A stretch of 64,000 nt of DNA from Podarcis erhardii. Its lineage: Eukaryota. Positions 1 to 13,049 of this stretch are shown one piece after another; positions within the stretch are counted from its first letter, which is position 1, and every line of letters begins with the position of its first letter. Where the stretch lies: assembly GCA_964252035.1 (NCBI GenBank), contig OZ176204.1; one strand, written 5' to 3'. The notes beneath the pieces were generated by a model. It searched no databases. It saw nothing but the letters and a program-made list of their open reading frames with translations, and was not told where the DNA came from. The position numbers and the translations under genes were made by a program.

Positions 1-308
1 TTCAGTGAGAATGAAGGATGGAAAGTTACATAAAAGCAGCATGGCACAACCTGCAGAAGCTGAGGCATTACATAGCCAGCTCGCTCTGCTGGATTTAAAG
101 AGCCAGCTACCACAACAGCATGTTGGGAAATTTTTCTATTAAAAGGCACAAGCCTACAGATTATCAAGGACTGAGAGGAAGTGAGATCGCAGAGAAAAGG
201 AAACTGAATACCAGAAGTTGCAAGCAAAATACAGCCTATTGTGCCTGATGGGCTTACAAAGGATCACAAAAGCTTTTTTTTTTTTTTTTTACTCCCTGCA
301 ATTGGTAC

Positions 309-441
309 CTGTTAGCAGTGCCCGTGCTGCTCCCTCCGCTGCTATGCTTTCTTGCCCGGCTCAGCCTCTGCGGTGGCTTTGGGTCCTGCAGTCCAAGGCT
401 CGGCATGGAGGGGAAGGTCGAGGCATAACCATGCTCACACT
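309..441 (-). CDS. MXI1: MXI1 shared coding exon (second exon of both SID isoforms)
   Basis: Encodes (E/K)[44 protein letters not shown], matching MXI1. Acceptor tttctgcag|AG at 443-442, donor AG|GTACCA at 308-307. 133 nt; its phase-1 start fits both first exons. Confidence 0.95.
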
Positions 442-877
442 CTGCAGAAATCACCAGCAAACGGGAAAGAGAAGGGTCAGTCAAGAGGGAACAAAACAGT
501 AGGTTCCAAGGACACATGGACTTAGGCAGGAAGCTTTAGCGAGCCCAGAGAGAAGTCCTCAGGAAGTGGCTTCAAACCACCCAGAACTCTGGCGGGACAC
601 AGGGGCTACAGACAACAAGCCACCTGTCCGAGGGGAGAGCCCAGAACATAGCAGGCAAATGCTTGGGATGGCATGCCAGCAGTGCCTAGACTCTGCCATT
701 TGAGGGGGGGGGGCATCTCTCCACCCTATTTATCTAAAGCATGTGAGCCTGCTCACCCTCCCCCTTTCCCCCAAGCCCTCCCCAAACACCCCATTCATTA
801 AAAAGGAGAGAGAGAACAATTCCCCCTTATGGGGGACGTGTCACTCCAATCCCCACCCCCTTCCTCAATCCAGTTAC

Positions 878-950
878 CTCTCTCTCTGCGCTCCAGGTAT
901 TCAGCTGCCTCCAGAAGGCGCTGGATGTTAATCATCTCCACCCGTTCCAT
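878..950 (-). CDS. MXI1: MXI1 proximal first coding exon (classic/SR-beta type, Sin3-interaction domain)
   Basis: ATG at 950, MERVEMINIQRLLEAAEYLERRER plus G, donor GAG|GTAACT at 877-876; 73 nt, phase 1; splices in frame to 441 giving ...RERECEHGY. Confidence 0.95.
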
Positions 951-999
951 AGCCCCTGGGCTGGATGAGGCCGCTTGCCAGCCCCTGGGCACTCTTAGA

Positions 1000-2500
1000 T
1001 CTTCTCCTGGAGAGTTGAGAGGAAGGACTCCCCGCTCTCCCCTTTTACAGCAAGGGTGGCAACAACTCTGCTTCCTCTTACCGGGAGGGGACGGGCACAG
1101 GGCAGCAGGCGAAGCGGTACTAAGGGGCTGGGGGGTCCCTTCTGATGCCTCCGGGAAGTTTGATCAGCGAGACCAAGACATGGAGAGGATCTAACAACTC
1201 CTGCCGTAGTTGCCCCTGGACCCTGCCCACATCCTACCTCGAGAGCCTGGCGCTCAGTCTGCTACCCCCCTTCTTCATCCCCTGGTCAAGGAGCACCGAT
1301 CCTGCCCGCGACCCCCCAGTCCTGATCCTTGGCTCTCGGGTGCTCTTCCCCCCTTCTCCGCCGATCTTGCCCCGCGCCTTCCCCTCCCTACACGCCGAGT
1401 CCCACCATCGATCCCTCCTCCGACCTCTCCGTCAGCCTTGCCCCGCTAGTCCTGCATCCTTGCTCGCCGCCGCTGCCCGCTCCTTCCCTTGACCCTACAC
1501 CTTCCCTCTCCACCTCGGGGCTGCCCCTGCATCCATGGTCCAAGCCCTGTTCCCTGGGATCTGGCGGCCGTTTTCTCTCCGCCTCCTGCAGCAGATCCTG
1601 TAGGTCCCTGCCTCTTTCACAGTTTGTTTACCTCTGGTTAGAAATCATGGGAGGCGGGGGGAGGGGACACTCACACACGCGCACGCACGCACACACACAC
1701 ACACACATATGAGAAGACTCTGCCGCGGGGCCGCTTGGGAAATGTAGTTTCCCTGCCTGCGCTCTCCCTTCAAGGGCGGGGAGCGTGCACGGGAGCAGCA
1801 ATAGCAATGGCATTGTGGGAAGCCTCTTGCCTTCCGCGTTGCGCGCACCCTTTCGTGGCTGGACGAAAGCGGCTACAGCAGCGAGGCGATCATCGCCGAG
1901 GCAGGCTGGCTTCATTCGCCCACCCTCCTTCCCGTTGCACCCCTGCGATTTTTTTTTGGGGGGGGCAGGAATGGGGGAAGCCCCTTCCTCGTTATTTAAC
2001 ACAATCCGAGATCTAGGCTCAGTGAGACCTTTTAAGTAATGCAGGCGAGTTTCTTTCCGCCAAGACGCTCGTTGAAGGAAATCGCTTGCATTTTCAAGTG
2101 TCACTCGCACTTTGTGCAAATTAAGCCCCTAACTTGCACAGAACAGCTTAGGAGCCAGAGCCTATCTGGGTCTACTCGGATTAAGCGCCACTGATTTTAG
2201 TGGGACTTGCTCCCAAGTCAGTGTGCACGGAATTGTGACACAAACGTGTGTGTATGGGGAGGGGTGACATTACAAGACTGCATATGATCTGTATTGCTTT
2301 TACTGTATTTTTATTTTTTAAAAAAGCATTTTAATGCCTGCCGTCAAAACTACAAAATTCTGCTCTTGCAACTCTTCGAGCAGACGCCGGAAGTCAGTTT
2401 CGCTGAGATCAGTGGGACTTATTTCGAAGTAAACACATTTTTGATTGGACGAAAATCCTTCACCTCATGTTCCCTATGTGGCAGAGCTGTCCGGTAAAAA
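1000..2500 (-). promoter_or_regulatory. CpG-rich promoter/5'UTR of the proximal MXI1 first exon
   Basis: High GC/CpG. FOXO-type TTGTTTAC 1624-1631, ZNF143/SBS-type TGGGAAATGTAGT 1736-1748, ETS CCGGAAGT 2387-2394. Confidence 0.75.
1672..1711. repeat. Alternating purine-pyrimidine (CA/CG) tract
   Basis: cacacacgcgcacgcacgcacacacacacacacacatatg: 40 nt of uninterrupted alternation. Confidence 0.9.
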
Positions 2501-3192
2501 CGCGGTAGTAGGAGGGTTAGTCTGGATGGGGACCCTGCTGTTAATCCACCCGAGGTGGTGTAAAAAGCACAAGGTCAAACGTATTCAGAATCAGCACTGC
2601 CAAATCTCAGCTTCTGGAGTCTTATCAGGACAGGAATATCTCAGCCTAGAACTGCCCACTCTGTTTGCATGAAAGGCTCCCACTTAGGAGGGCTGATTTG
2701 TCTCCATGCCAGTCTGATAGGTGGTTTGTTGCTGCTGGCCAGCGTCATCTGAAGCGTTATCAAGTATTTTAATTTTTGACTGGTGATCAAAGATCCCTGG
2801 TTATTTCATCGGTGGGAGCAGAGGAACGGTTGATGGAAAGCAAGCATGCACCCTTCTCACAAGTGGTCCTTTCCTTCACCCACCCCCTACCACTTTGCCA
2901 GACCCCTGTAATTATTTCAAGGAGATGCACTTTTCATATTCAGATTATTCCCAAATAATCAACTGAAAATTAAAAGAAGGCTGAATACCTAAGCAGGCTT
3001 ACTACTTGAAAGCTAATTCCATCAAAATCAATTGGACTAACAGCACAAGCCTAACCAATGGCTACTTATATATAAGCCCTATTGAATTCAATGGAATTTA
3101 CTTCCAGGTAAACAGGATTAGAATTGCAGCCTTACTTAAGAGAAAATAGGTTTAGGACGAGAGTGTTAATGTGAGTGTTTCTCTTCAATATA

Positions 3193-3418
3193 CAGTGGTA
3201 CCTCGGGTTAAGTACTTAATTCGTTCTGGAGGTCCGTTCTTAACCTGAAACTGTTCTTAACCTGAAGCACCGCTTTAGCTAATGGGGCCTCCTGCTGCTG
3301 CCATGCCGCCAGAGCACAATTTCTGTTCTCATCCTGAAGCAAAGTTTTTAACCTGAGGTACTATTTCTGGGTTAGCGGAGTCTGTAACCTGAAGCATATG
3401 TAACCCGAGGTACCACAG
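3193..3418 (+). mobile_element. Tc1/mariner (Tigger-like) MITE, family T1
   Basis: TIRs CAGTGGTACCTCGGGTTA...TAACCCGAGGTACCACAG, TA duplication on both sides; 226 bp, lacking one 16-bp subterminal repeat found in the other copies. Confidence 0.85.
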
Positions 3419-4026
3419 TAATGTAAGGAGAAAGCTCACTCTCACCCCCAAGTTTTATTCTTCAGTGTGGCAGCATGTACACTTCGGAATTCCCTGCTCA
3501 TTGATATTAGGCAAAAGTTTTTGCTGTACTGTTTGTTTGTTTGTTTGTTTGTTTAACAAGCTACCCAGGCATATATTTTAATATGTAACTTTAGTTTGCA
3601 ATTCATATTTTTAAGTGCTGGTTTTATTTCTGTTTTTAATTTTTTCAGCTTAACCTTTTTTAACACCTGATTTTATTGGTAATTTTAATGTAGATGTTTT
3701 AGGTAAGCTGCTTACAGGTTTGGATCATTAAGTATCTAAATCCTGTTATAGAAATAAATTTCAGAAGTCCACTTTTCTGCTTCTATGCCCCCCCCCCATC
3801 CTTTTTATTGGTGCTGCCATTGTTGCCACTCTAGAAATGCAATAATAGGCCAGATTGAACTAACCTGTTCTGCAAGTTGATTAAAATTCAGCTAATCAAA
3901 CATCAGCAAATAAAAACAAAGAAAAGAAAAACATTAGAAGTTATAAACTGATCCACCTAGGCTAACAAAAAATGCAACATAAACTGTCACACAAAAGCAA
4001 GAGTAACATCATACTTTTATTAGGAA

Positions 4027-4154
4027 CAAAATGTTTAGGGGTACTCTCATTTTCCTACTCACATTGAAATACTGCCCCTCAGTGAAGGCAAACTTAGATT
4101 CACAAAATGTTTAGGGGTATGTGTACCCCTGCATTCCCCCAGAAAAAAGCACTG
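4027..4154 (+). mobile_element. hAT-type MITE, 5'-truncated (same family as 27989-28134)
   Basis: Near-identical to the 27989-28134 element; retains the right TIR ...AAAAAAGCACTG. Confidence 0.75.
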
Positions 4155-4203
4155 GTAATAGTTGAAGACAGAATGATGGGGAGGACATGCTGTGCAGAAG
4201 TAC

Positions 4204-4297
4204 AGGACAATCCTATACATGTTTCCTTATTCAGAAGTAAGACTTCCTATGTTTGATGCGTCTTACTCCCAGGTGAGTGTGCATAGGATTGCAGCCT
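4204..4297. mobile_element. Short old palindromic repeat (MITE-like)
   Basis: Ends aggacaatcctat / ataggattgcagcct are inverted repeats; degenerate relatives near 2160-2240, 3060-3135, 33300-33380 and 34230-34310. Confidence 0.5.
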
Positions 4298-5243
4298 TAA
4301 TTAAGTTAGACCAGGCTTCATGCAAAGGATCTCAGGTTGTCCCAAAAACTGTAGGGACAGAGAAGCACAGCTGTTGTCTCTGCAAAAATATAAACGCTAG
4401 CAGTTCTTCAGGCATGCCTCTAGCTCTAATTGCAAGACAGAAGGAAGAAGCAAAGGAATATAGTATGCAGTAATCCTTGCGTTTGCAAAGCTGGAGATTT
4501 TATTTTATTTTTTAAGTAGGGAAATGTGTATAAAAGTATAGTGGGTACACAGTAAAGGAAGAATCACAAGTGGATCGTGCAATTCTAGGATCCTGGGCAA
4601 GTGAATTAGTTATTTATTTAGTATTTCATAAAAAGCTCCTAACATACCTGCAGGAATGTGGCTTGGGCAAACTCAAAACAACCCAGGACTGTGCCCTGCA
4701 TGGAGCAGGAGCTTGGACAAGATCCCCTACAATGGTGGGAAGCCTTGGGCCCAGGAGCTATATAAGGCTCTCCAAGCCTACACTCCAGTCCTGCGCTTTT
4801 GCCTGGCCGGAATGTGTCCATCTTGTGTGCCTGGATAAAAGACTAATACATTTGAAGCACATTCAAAGCACATTCTTTCCCTCAAAGAATTCTGGGCACT
4901 GGAGTTTGAGGGTTGCTGGGAATTCTAACTCTGCAAGGGGTAAACAGTGCCCAGAATTTTTTGAAGATAAGAATGTGCTTTAAAAGTGCACACTGTGTAC
5001 AGAGTGTATTGTGTGTAGACACGTGGATGGGTGACTCCCTGGAAACCACACGTAAGCTGCCTTGGGGTTCATGACAGAAGAAAGGCGGGGTATAAATGTC
5101 ATAAATCTTCATTGCAGGAAAGTACCCAGCCGAACAAAGGTAAGAGTCCATTGCTCTGTTGCTTTTGCTGGCCCTGCCCAGCACTGGCATGCAACTCCTG
5201 GAGCGTTGTCCATGAAGGCATGTAGCCCTTGAGCTGAGAAATA

Positions 5244-5480
5244 TTTATTTATTCAATGCATTTATATGCCACCTTCTATTCAAAACATTCGAGGCAACCC
5301 ACAACAATAAAAAATGCAAAGCCATTCAGATGATTACAATTCAAAAATAAATATGTCACCACCCAAAGAACCAAACTAAAATACAGCAAGCTCATACTAA
5401 CGAGCCTCAAAGGCCTAGGAGAACAAGTGAGTTTTCAACAAGAGCTGAAAGCACATCACTGTTGGTGCATGCCTTACTGC
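5244..5480 (-). mobile_element. L2-type LINE 3' fragment
   Basis: (TTTA)-rich tail followed by typical L2 3'UTR-like sequence; highly degenerate. Confidence 0.45.
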
Positions 5481-7633
5481 CTGCTCCAGACAAACAAGGT
5501 CCTTTCCCCTTCTAAAAGTCTATAATTTCAGCAAGTGTTGGGGGCATCAAGGGAGGAGACAACTATGGCTAAAAATGTAAAGCACCCCCCCCCAAATAAT
5601 CCTGGGAACTGTAGTTTAAGGGTACTGGGAGTTGTAGCACTTCAGGGAGGGAACTACAGTTCCCAAGATTCTTGTCAGGGGGTGCTTTAAATGTTTGGTG
5701 TGTACACAGCCTATATCTTTGATTAGGATTTTCAAATGTTGGTCTGCATTCCTTAGCCCAGAAAATATGAAGGCCCGTGAAGAGTTCTAGTGATGAAGCT
5801 AAGAGGGTTTGGTCCTGAGCAGTGCTTAGAAGGGAGATCATGTGGGAATTCCCACCGCTGTCGCCTTGTGCAGATAGCATTTTATTTGTGTGAAGGGCCA
5901 AATGTAATTGTGCCATCTGGCCCTGCCCCTTGGCATGCACTAATGAGCACATAGACTGGCATGAACCTGTGCCCTATTTCCCGTGCACAGATCATGTTGC
6001 AGGAGCCGAAGTGCATTGGGTTCTATGCACCCCAACACATAGAAGTTGATCTCACCAATAAGGCACGGCAAACTATCACAATACCTATCACAATGCATAG
6101 AAAAAATGTTATCAAGGGTGGGGTGGTTGTCTGATCACTTTGGCAGAAAAGTGGGTTACAAATTAGATGGCATTTAGTACCCTGTAAAACTGACTGTAGG
6201 TGAATGCCATCCAGTTTCATGACTGTCTTCTAGGACGGGTCTTAACTGCAGAAAGTCACTCTCCTACTAAATGAGCAAAACAGTCTTCTGTCAAAGTGTT
6301 CACTGTTGCCTTTCCCTTCAGTTCTCATATCATAGGGATTGGATCGCCAACATGCTGGCTTTCCGTAACAGGGCACACGGTTCAACATCTCATGACGCAG
6401 ACCTGAGAGATGCAAGGTGCAGACTGAGTGAAAGTGTCCATCCAAACCAAGGGTAACCATGTCTGGGATTGATGGGGCTGGAGTCCAACAACATCTGGAG
6501 GGCCCATCCCTCTTCTATAGACAAATTACACTGTGGTGTGGTTGCTAGATTCACAACAACAATCCAGTGAGTTGGAATTATCTGCCAAAATGTTTGTGCC
6601 ATCAGTGAAAGGTTCAAAGCTACATCAGGGTGTCTCATGATGCTGACTAATCCATAACCCCTCCCCCCCTCCCAGGAACTGTATGTAAACAATTGCCTTT
6701 CAAGCTCAGCTCCTCATCTGGAAAGTTGGGCCATTTTTTGGAGTTTTCTGAGATTGAAGGAAATAATGGCTGTAAAATTTGCTTAGCAAAAGTGCTATAT
6801 TTCTCCCCACACCCAGAAAACACAGTTAGGCTGTGGAGGAGGGGCGTTGTTCGGAGGTATTTTGGAATTTTACTTCTCACATCAACTTTTCGGTTGAGCT
6901 TTCTTCTGTAAACATCAACCACGGCAAATAATGCAGCCCCCCCCCTTTTAAATGAACTTCTCATCATTTCCTTGGAAAGTCTTGTGACAGCTTGTTAAAA
7001 ACCTCTCGTATCACAAGACACACACCACAGCAAAGTAACCATCGAATGGAAAGTCAGAGTACCCTCGAGAAGTACAGATCAGGTCACAGTCAGGGAGAAG
7101 AAGAGAGCACCTTTTATGGGTAATGATGTCCTTGTCAGTTCATTCTTTGGCTTTCACTGCATGCCACTTGGCAGCTTTGACACCAATGGGCTGCCTCTTC
7201 CCACTTGACCTTTTAAGAAAGGGGCTGTTTACATCTTATTAATGGCCACTTCAGCACCCAACCCCTTCCATCTCTTAACAAGATCCTGAATCCAAGGAAA
7301 GACCTCCATAGCAAATTCCTGTTCATAAGCACAAACTCAAATTGTCAACACACCAAACTGAAGAAGCAGGCTCTGGTTTATCTTAAGATAATGAAAGAAA
7401 GGTGTTTTCTTATGAAAACACTTTCCCAAACTTTATATATGGAAATAACCGCACTTGGTTTCAGAGACGCTGGGCAATATCCTGTTTTTATCATACTTGG
7501 AGCAGACCCAGTGAAATAAACAATTCTACAAGTATTACTTAGCTGGATGTCAGTCACACTTTCTGAAGCAATGCTTGTCACTAACGTGCATTGATAAATA
7601 TGTCTAAATAATTAATACTTTGTGTAATTAGGG

Positions 7634-9336
7634 CATAGAATCATAGAATCATAGAGTTGGAAGAGACCACAAGGGCCATCGAGTCCAACCCCCTGCCAAG
7701 CAGGAAACACCATCAGAGCACTCCTGACATATGGTTGTCAAGCCTCTGCTTAAAGACCTCCAAAGAAGGAGACTCCACCACACTCCTTCGCAGCAAATTC
7801 CACTGTCGAACAACTCTTACTGTCAGGAAGTTCTTCCTAATGTTTAGGTGGAATCTTCTTTCTTGTAGTTTGGAACCATTGCTCCGTGTCCGCTTCTCTG
7901 GAGCAGCAGAAAACCTTTCTCCCTCCTCTATTTGACATCCTTTTATATATTTGAACATGGCTATCATATCACCCCTTAACCTCCTCTTCTCCAGGCTAAA
8001 CATGCCCAGCTCCGTTAGCCTTTCCTCATAAGGCATCATTTCCAGGCCTTTGACCATTTTGGTTGCCCTCCTCTGGACACGTTCCAGTTTGTCAATGTCC
8101 TTCTTGAACTGTGGTGCCCAGAACTGGACACAGTACTCCAGGTGAGGTCCGACCAGAGCAGAATACAGTGGCACTATTACTTCCCTTGATCTAGATGCTA
8201 TACTCCTATTGATGCAGCCCAGAATTGCATTGGCTTTTTTAGCTGCCGCGTCACACTGTTGGCTCATGTCAAGTTTGTGGTCAACCAAGACTCCTAGATC
8301 CTTTTCACACGTACTGCTCTCAAGCCAGGTGTCACCCATCTTGTATTTGTGCCTCTCATTTTTTTTGCCCAAGTGCAATACTTTACATTTCTCCCTGTTA
8401 AAATTCATCTTGTTTGTTTTGGCCCAGTTCTCTAATCTGTCAAGGTCGTTTGAAGTGTGATCCTGTCCTCTGGGGTGTTAGCCACCCCTCCCAGTTTGGT
8501 GTCATCTGCAAATTTGATCAGGATGCCCTTGAGTCCATCATCCAAGTCGTTGATAAAGATGTTGAATAAGACCGGGCCCAAGACAGAACCCTGTGGCACC
8601 CCACTAGTCACTCTTCTCCAGGATGAAGAGGAACCATTGATGAGCACCCTTTGGGTTCGGTCAGTCAGCCAGTTACAAATCCACTGAGTGGTAGCATAGT
8701 CAAGTCCGCATTTTACCAGCTTCTTTACAAGAATATCATGGGGCACCTTGTCAAATGCCTTGCTGAAATCAAGGTAGGCTACATCCACTGCGTTCCCTTC
8801 ATCTACCAGGCTTGTAATTCTGTCAAAAAACGAGATCAGGTTAGTCTGACATGACTTATTTTTCAGAAATCCATGCTGACTATTGGTGATCACAGTATTC
8901 CTTTCTAGGTGCTCACAGACTGTTTGCTTAATGATCTGCTCCAGAATCTTCCCTGGTATTGATGTCAGACTGACTGGGCAGTAATTATTTGGGTCCTCTC
9001 TTTTCCCCTTTTTGAAAATAGGGACAACATTTGCCCTCCTCCAGTCTGCCGGGACTTCGCCTGTTCTCCAGGAATTCTCAAAGATGACTGCCAGTGGTTC
9101 TGAGATCACATCTGCCAGTTCTTTTAATACTCTTGGATGCAGTTCATCTGGCCCTGGAGACTTGAATACATCTAAACTAGCTAAGTATTCTTGTACTATC
9201 TCCTTAGTTATTCTGGGCTGTGTTTCCTCTGCTGAATCATTTGCTCCAAATTCTTCAGGTCGGGCATTTTTTCTTTATCGGAGAAGACTGAGGCAAAGAA
9301 GGCATTGAGGAGTTCAGCCCTTTCTGTGTCCCCTGT
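7634..9336 (-). mobile_element. CR1 LINE, 5'-truncated, frameshifted
   Basis: RT ORF pieces 8432-9109 and 7713-8408 ([21 protein letters not shown]); 1-bp deletion near 8449; 3' tail (TCTATGAT)n at 7634-7655. Confidence 0.95.
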
Positions 9337-12300
9337 TTGCTGTGCACCCTGTGTGTAATCTTTTACCCTTGATACCAAAGGATATAACAAAATTCCACTA
9401 CCATGAATATATGTGTAAACACTCCACCACTATTTTCCGTTTGTTGCTTTGGGTCTATGATACATATGCTTCAACGTCCAAGATAAGCCTCTATGGCTAT
9501 AACAGCAGGAGGCCTCAAAGTCCACATAAATGCATAATACTGTTCAGATACCAATTTAACCTGAGAATAATATTGCAGCGGCGTTCCATAGGGATGCTTC
9601 AGCCACACACATATTGTTCAGTGTTATCAGGGGGACCAGAGGAAAAAGGACGAGAAGCCACTACAATTGCTAACCTGCCTTATTCTTAGACAAGCAGAAA
9701 AACGAGGAAAGCATAATTTAAAAACCTTTCAGTGTACTTGCAACTAGTGATTCCCAAGGGCAGAAAGCAGCATGGATGAGATTCAAATGATTTCCTGGCG
9801 GCCGGTTGGAAAGCAAAGTGATTTGGAGAAGAGTGCGTAGCACCTCTGCAGGTATCAAGTTCATTCCATGTTGGTCAACTGTGAAAGCTAAGCATGACAT
9901 CTGGATTCTGATAACAAAACAATTTTGCCCCTCGCTGTCCTGCCTGCCCTTCTGCTGCAGCAGACACATTCCTGTTGTCTTTCCTTTAAACCCTTCATTT
10001 ATCTGCCTTCTTAATCAGGTTTGCCAACTCCTGATGCTCAGAAAAGCAAGTCAACTCTCATCCTCATCCAAATTGCAAGAGAGGCTTATATATTATGTGA
10101 TCTAAAATAATACATTTTAGATTGCTTTTTATTTGCCATCTGGTTTCTGAGCCTTTAGGCTACACTGAGGTCAGACATTTTATTTTTTTTATTTTTACTG
10201 CAGATACATGGTGAAGAAGAAAAAAGGAAAAGGTAATAATGGATGAGATGAAGTTGAAGCACTTTCATACATACAAGGAAAAACAATAAAGAGAATGAAC
10301 TCAAGCTACAGTGAACTTGAACTATGCTACCTCATTCTAATAGCAACACTTGCAACTTACCACCAACTAGAAATTAATACTTCGACTGATGCGTACAGAA
10401 TAAGTGAGATGCTTCTGATAAAAGAACATAAACAATGCTTTTCTTTATATATTCTCTGAACAGCACAAAAACGGCTTACAGACCAAAAGCGTTTAGTTAA
10501 ATGCATGCTGAATGCCACAGACACTCAACCTTATTTCCTATGTGTGTCCTTATTTTATCATTCTACCTCTGTCATAGCAAAATGAATCTTTAAATAGTTA
10601 ATTTGGGGAACACCCAATGTATTTTCACAAACATGAAAAATAGCCATGGGGGTATGCCAGTGGTTGAGCGCTCTTCATAGAGGGGTCTTTGGAGCTCCTT
10701 CCTCAGGGCTACTTCATCTGTTATGGCCTCAAAGGGGGGTTGGTGCTAAAATCTTATTGATATGGCAGACCTCCACATGGAGTGCATACAGACACCCAAC
10801 TGACCACAGTGTAAATCTGCTAATTTCTTAAATGTATGCTTAGGTACACCAATATAGAGGACCATGGCTGGTTGGCTTTGTAGTATTCTGCTACTCTACC
10901 CCATTACTGACTTGTTCTGCTACTATACATACTATCCATGCATTGCCCTAGTGTTGTTTTCTCACCATTTCCTGATTCTTTCTTTAGGGGAAAATATGGT
11001 TAATTCTGTCCCCGTAGTCTTAAAAAGTTTATTCATACTGATCATTGTGTTGTTTTGACCAAGTCCACAGAACATTGTCTCCTCTCTCTCTCTTTCTCCA
11101 CCCCCTCCCTCTCTCTGTCTCAGAAGTTGTTCTCTTTCTCTTCTTAGGGGTAAAAGCCCAGGATTTAAAAAGAAGATTCTGCTGCATTTAAACCTGTGCA
11201 GCAGTGGGGCTGTCAGGGCAGAAGTCCTGGGTGCCAAACAGCAAAAAATGTACAGGGGGCCCTGTAAAGGTATTAATCTCAGGATTATTATTTTTTTTAA
11301 AAAAGAAACACCACCACCTAGCTGCGCCATTGCTATGAAGCCTTCTGTTGCGTTGCTACTAAACTTGTGATGTGTTGTTTTAGATTATCCATGCCTTATT
11401 TTGTATGCATGTTGTTAGTTTTTTAAATCCACTGTTGTGATGTGTGCATATGCATGCATTTCCAGAAGCAAATGTGACCTTTGTAGGAACTTTCTTCTGC
11501 TATATTAGCACCAAGTTAATGCTGGCACAGTTTTTCATGGTTGGTTCCTTATCCCACATAGTCTACATGCTTATGATGACCAATGCCTGAAGAATATAGA
11601 TCAGCCTCCCACAACCTGATGCGTGGCTGTGTTGTTAAGGCTGATGGGAGCTGAAGTCCAAAATAATCCAGAGGGCATTAGGTTGAGGAAGTCTGATGTA
11701 TATGTTATGGCCTATCACAATCTGAATGAAAACAAAATGGAAATGAACAATCATAAAATAGTATTATGTTTATTATTACTTTGCAATTAAGATTGATCAT
11801 GGGCACACACACTTCACCCAGCCCTCGTTATGAAAAACTTCATCAAACACACCAAAAGTCCTGTTAGAAATATCTTTTTAAGCAAATACTTCAGAAAACT
11901 GCAAAGATTTAAATCTTTCAAAACACATAAAAGCACTTAGAACAGAAATCAAAACAGAGCATAACATAATGTTGAAAAAGCAGGAAAGGCATGGTACTTC
12001 TTGAGGAACCACTCTAGCTACCAGAGCTTGTAGCGCAAAGCAAAAACCTTTTCTGCTCACTGTCGTCAGCTATGGATTATGACTATTGATGAAAAAATTA
12101 CCAAGTGGTAAATTTAAGGAAACCTCTTGCACTAGAATAAGGTCCACAACCTCCGCTACAAATCTGTAAAGATGGTAGAGGTGGGGAATCACGCCACATT
12201 CTTTTTTAAAAAACAGATCCTTCCCCCCCAAAAACCTTGCAATTAGATGCTAGTTGCATATATACTGGACCATGGTGTTGGTAACATCTGAAAAATGCTT

Positions 12301-13049
12301 AACTTCATCCATGATTGAACCTAACTGTATGTATGCCAGGACCATCACACAGTCTACAAGAATCCCCATGTTGAAGCCAAGCCATGTGGATGGCAGCTCC
12401 CACATGGGCTGACACTAGATTACAACGTATGAAGTGGATTTTAATCTTGGGATTAATCTTTGGGAAACGGTGAGTTATTGTTGAATGGTACAATGGCTAA
12501 GAATCACTGTGGTGTTATTATTTTGCTTTATCTGTAGTCCATGTGGTTTTTGTGTGAATTGTCTTACTTCTATGCTTTATGTACACATGCTCAGAAGGTT
12601 CCATGGCTCATTTGTACTACACAATTATAGCACTGGTCTTAAGGATGCATGAGAAAGAAACTTTGGTGTCACTTGTCAGCCAAAAGGCTATATGGCTGGC
12701 ATTTAGCAGTTGCAGAATCAAGGATTCCAGCTTGGGGGGCCCTCCAAACATTTTTCATTATGTTGGAGGGGTGTCAATACCATTTATTTAAGCAAAATAC
12801 TCCTGCCGCAGAAATCATTATGTAAAGCACATTTCTAGACATTGGGGGATTAAAAAGAGAAGCAGGAGCCATGGTGATCTGATGTGGTCCAACTTTTTAT
12901 CAACCATGGAAGCCACAAAGCTCAGAGACTAGCACTGGTGTACCACTGGCACCACAGTAGCGCTTCTGATGATGCCACATTTTTAGAAAGATCACTGAGT
13001 CTTGTGACACCTTGAAGGCTTACAGATTTATTACAGGAATAGCTGTAAT

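Noticed and set aside
951-1163. Open frame upstream of the MXI1 ATG (GTG at 992)
   Set aside because: No upstream in-frame ATG; the known protein starts at MERV; a near-cognate extension is unsupported without ribosome profiling.
7657-8854. Antisense ORFs over the CR1 copies (mirrored at 37546-38747)
   Set aside because: Shadow ORFs of the RT frame, duplicated only because the element is duplicated.
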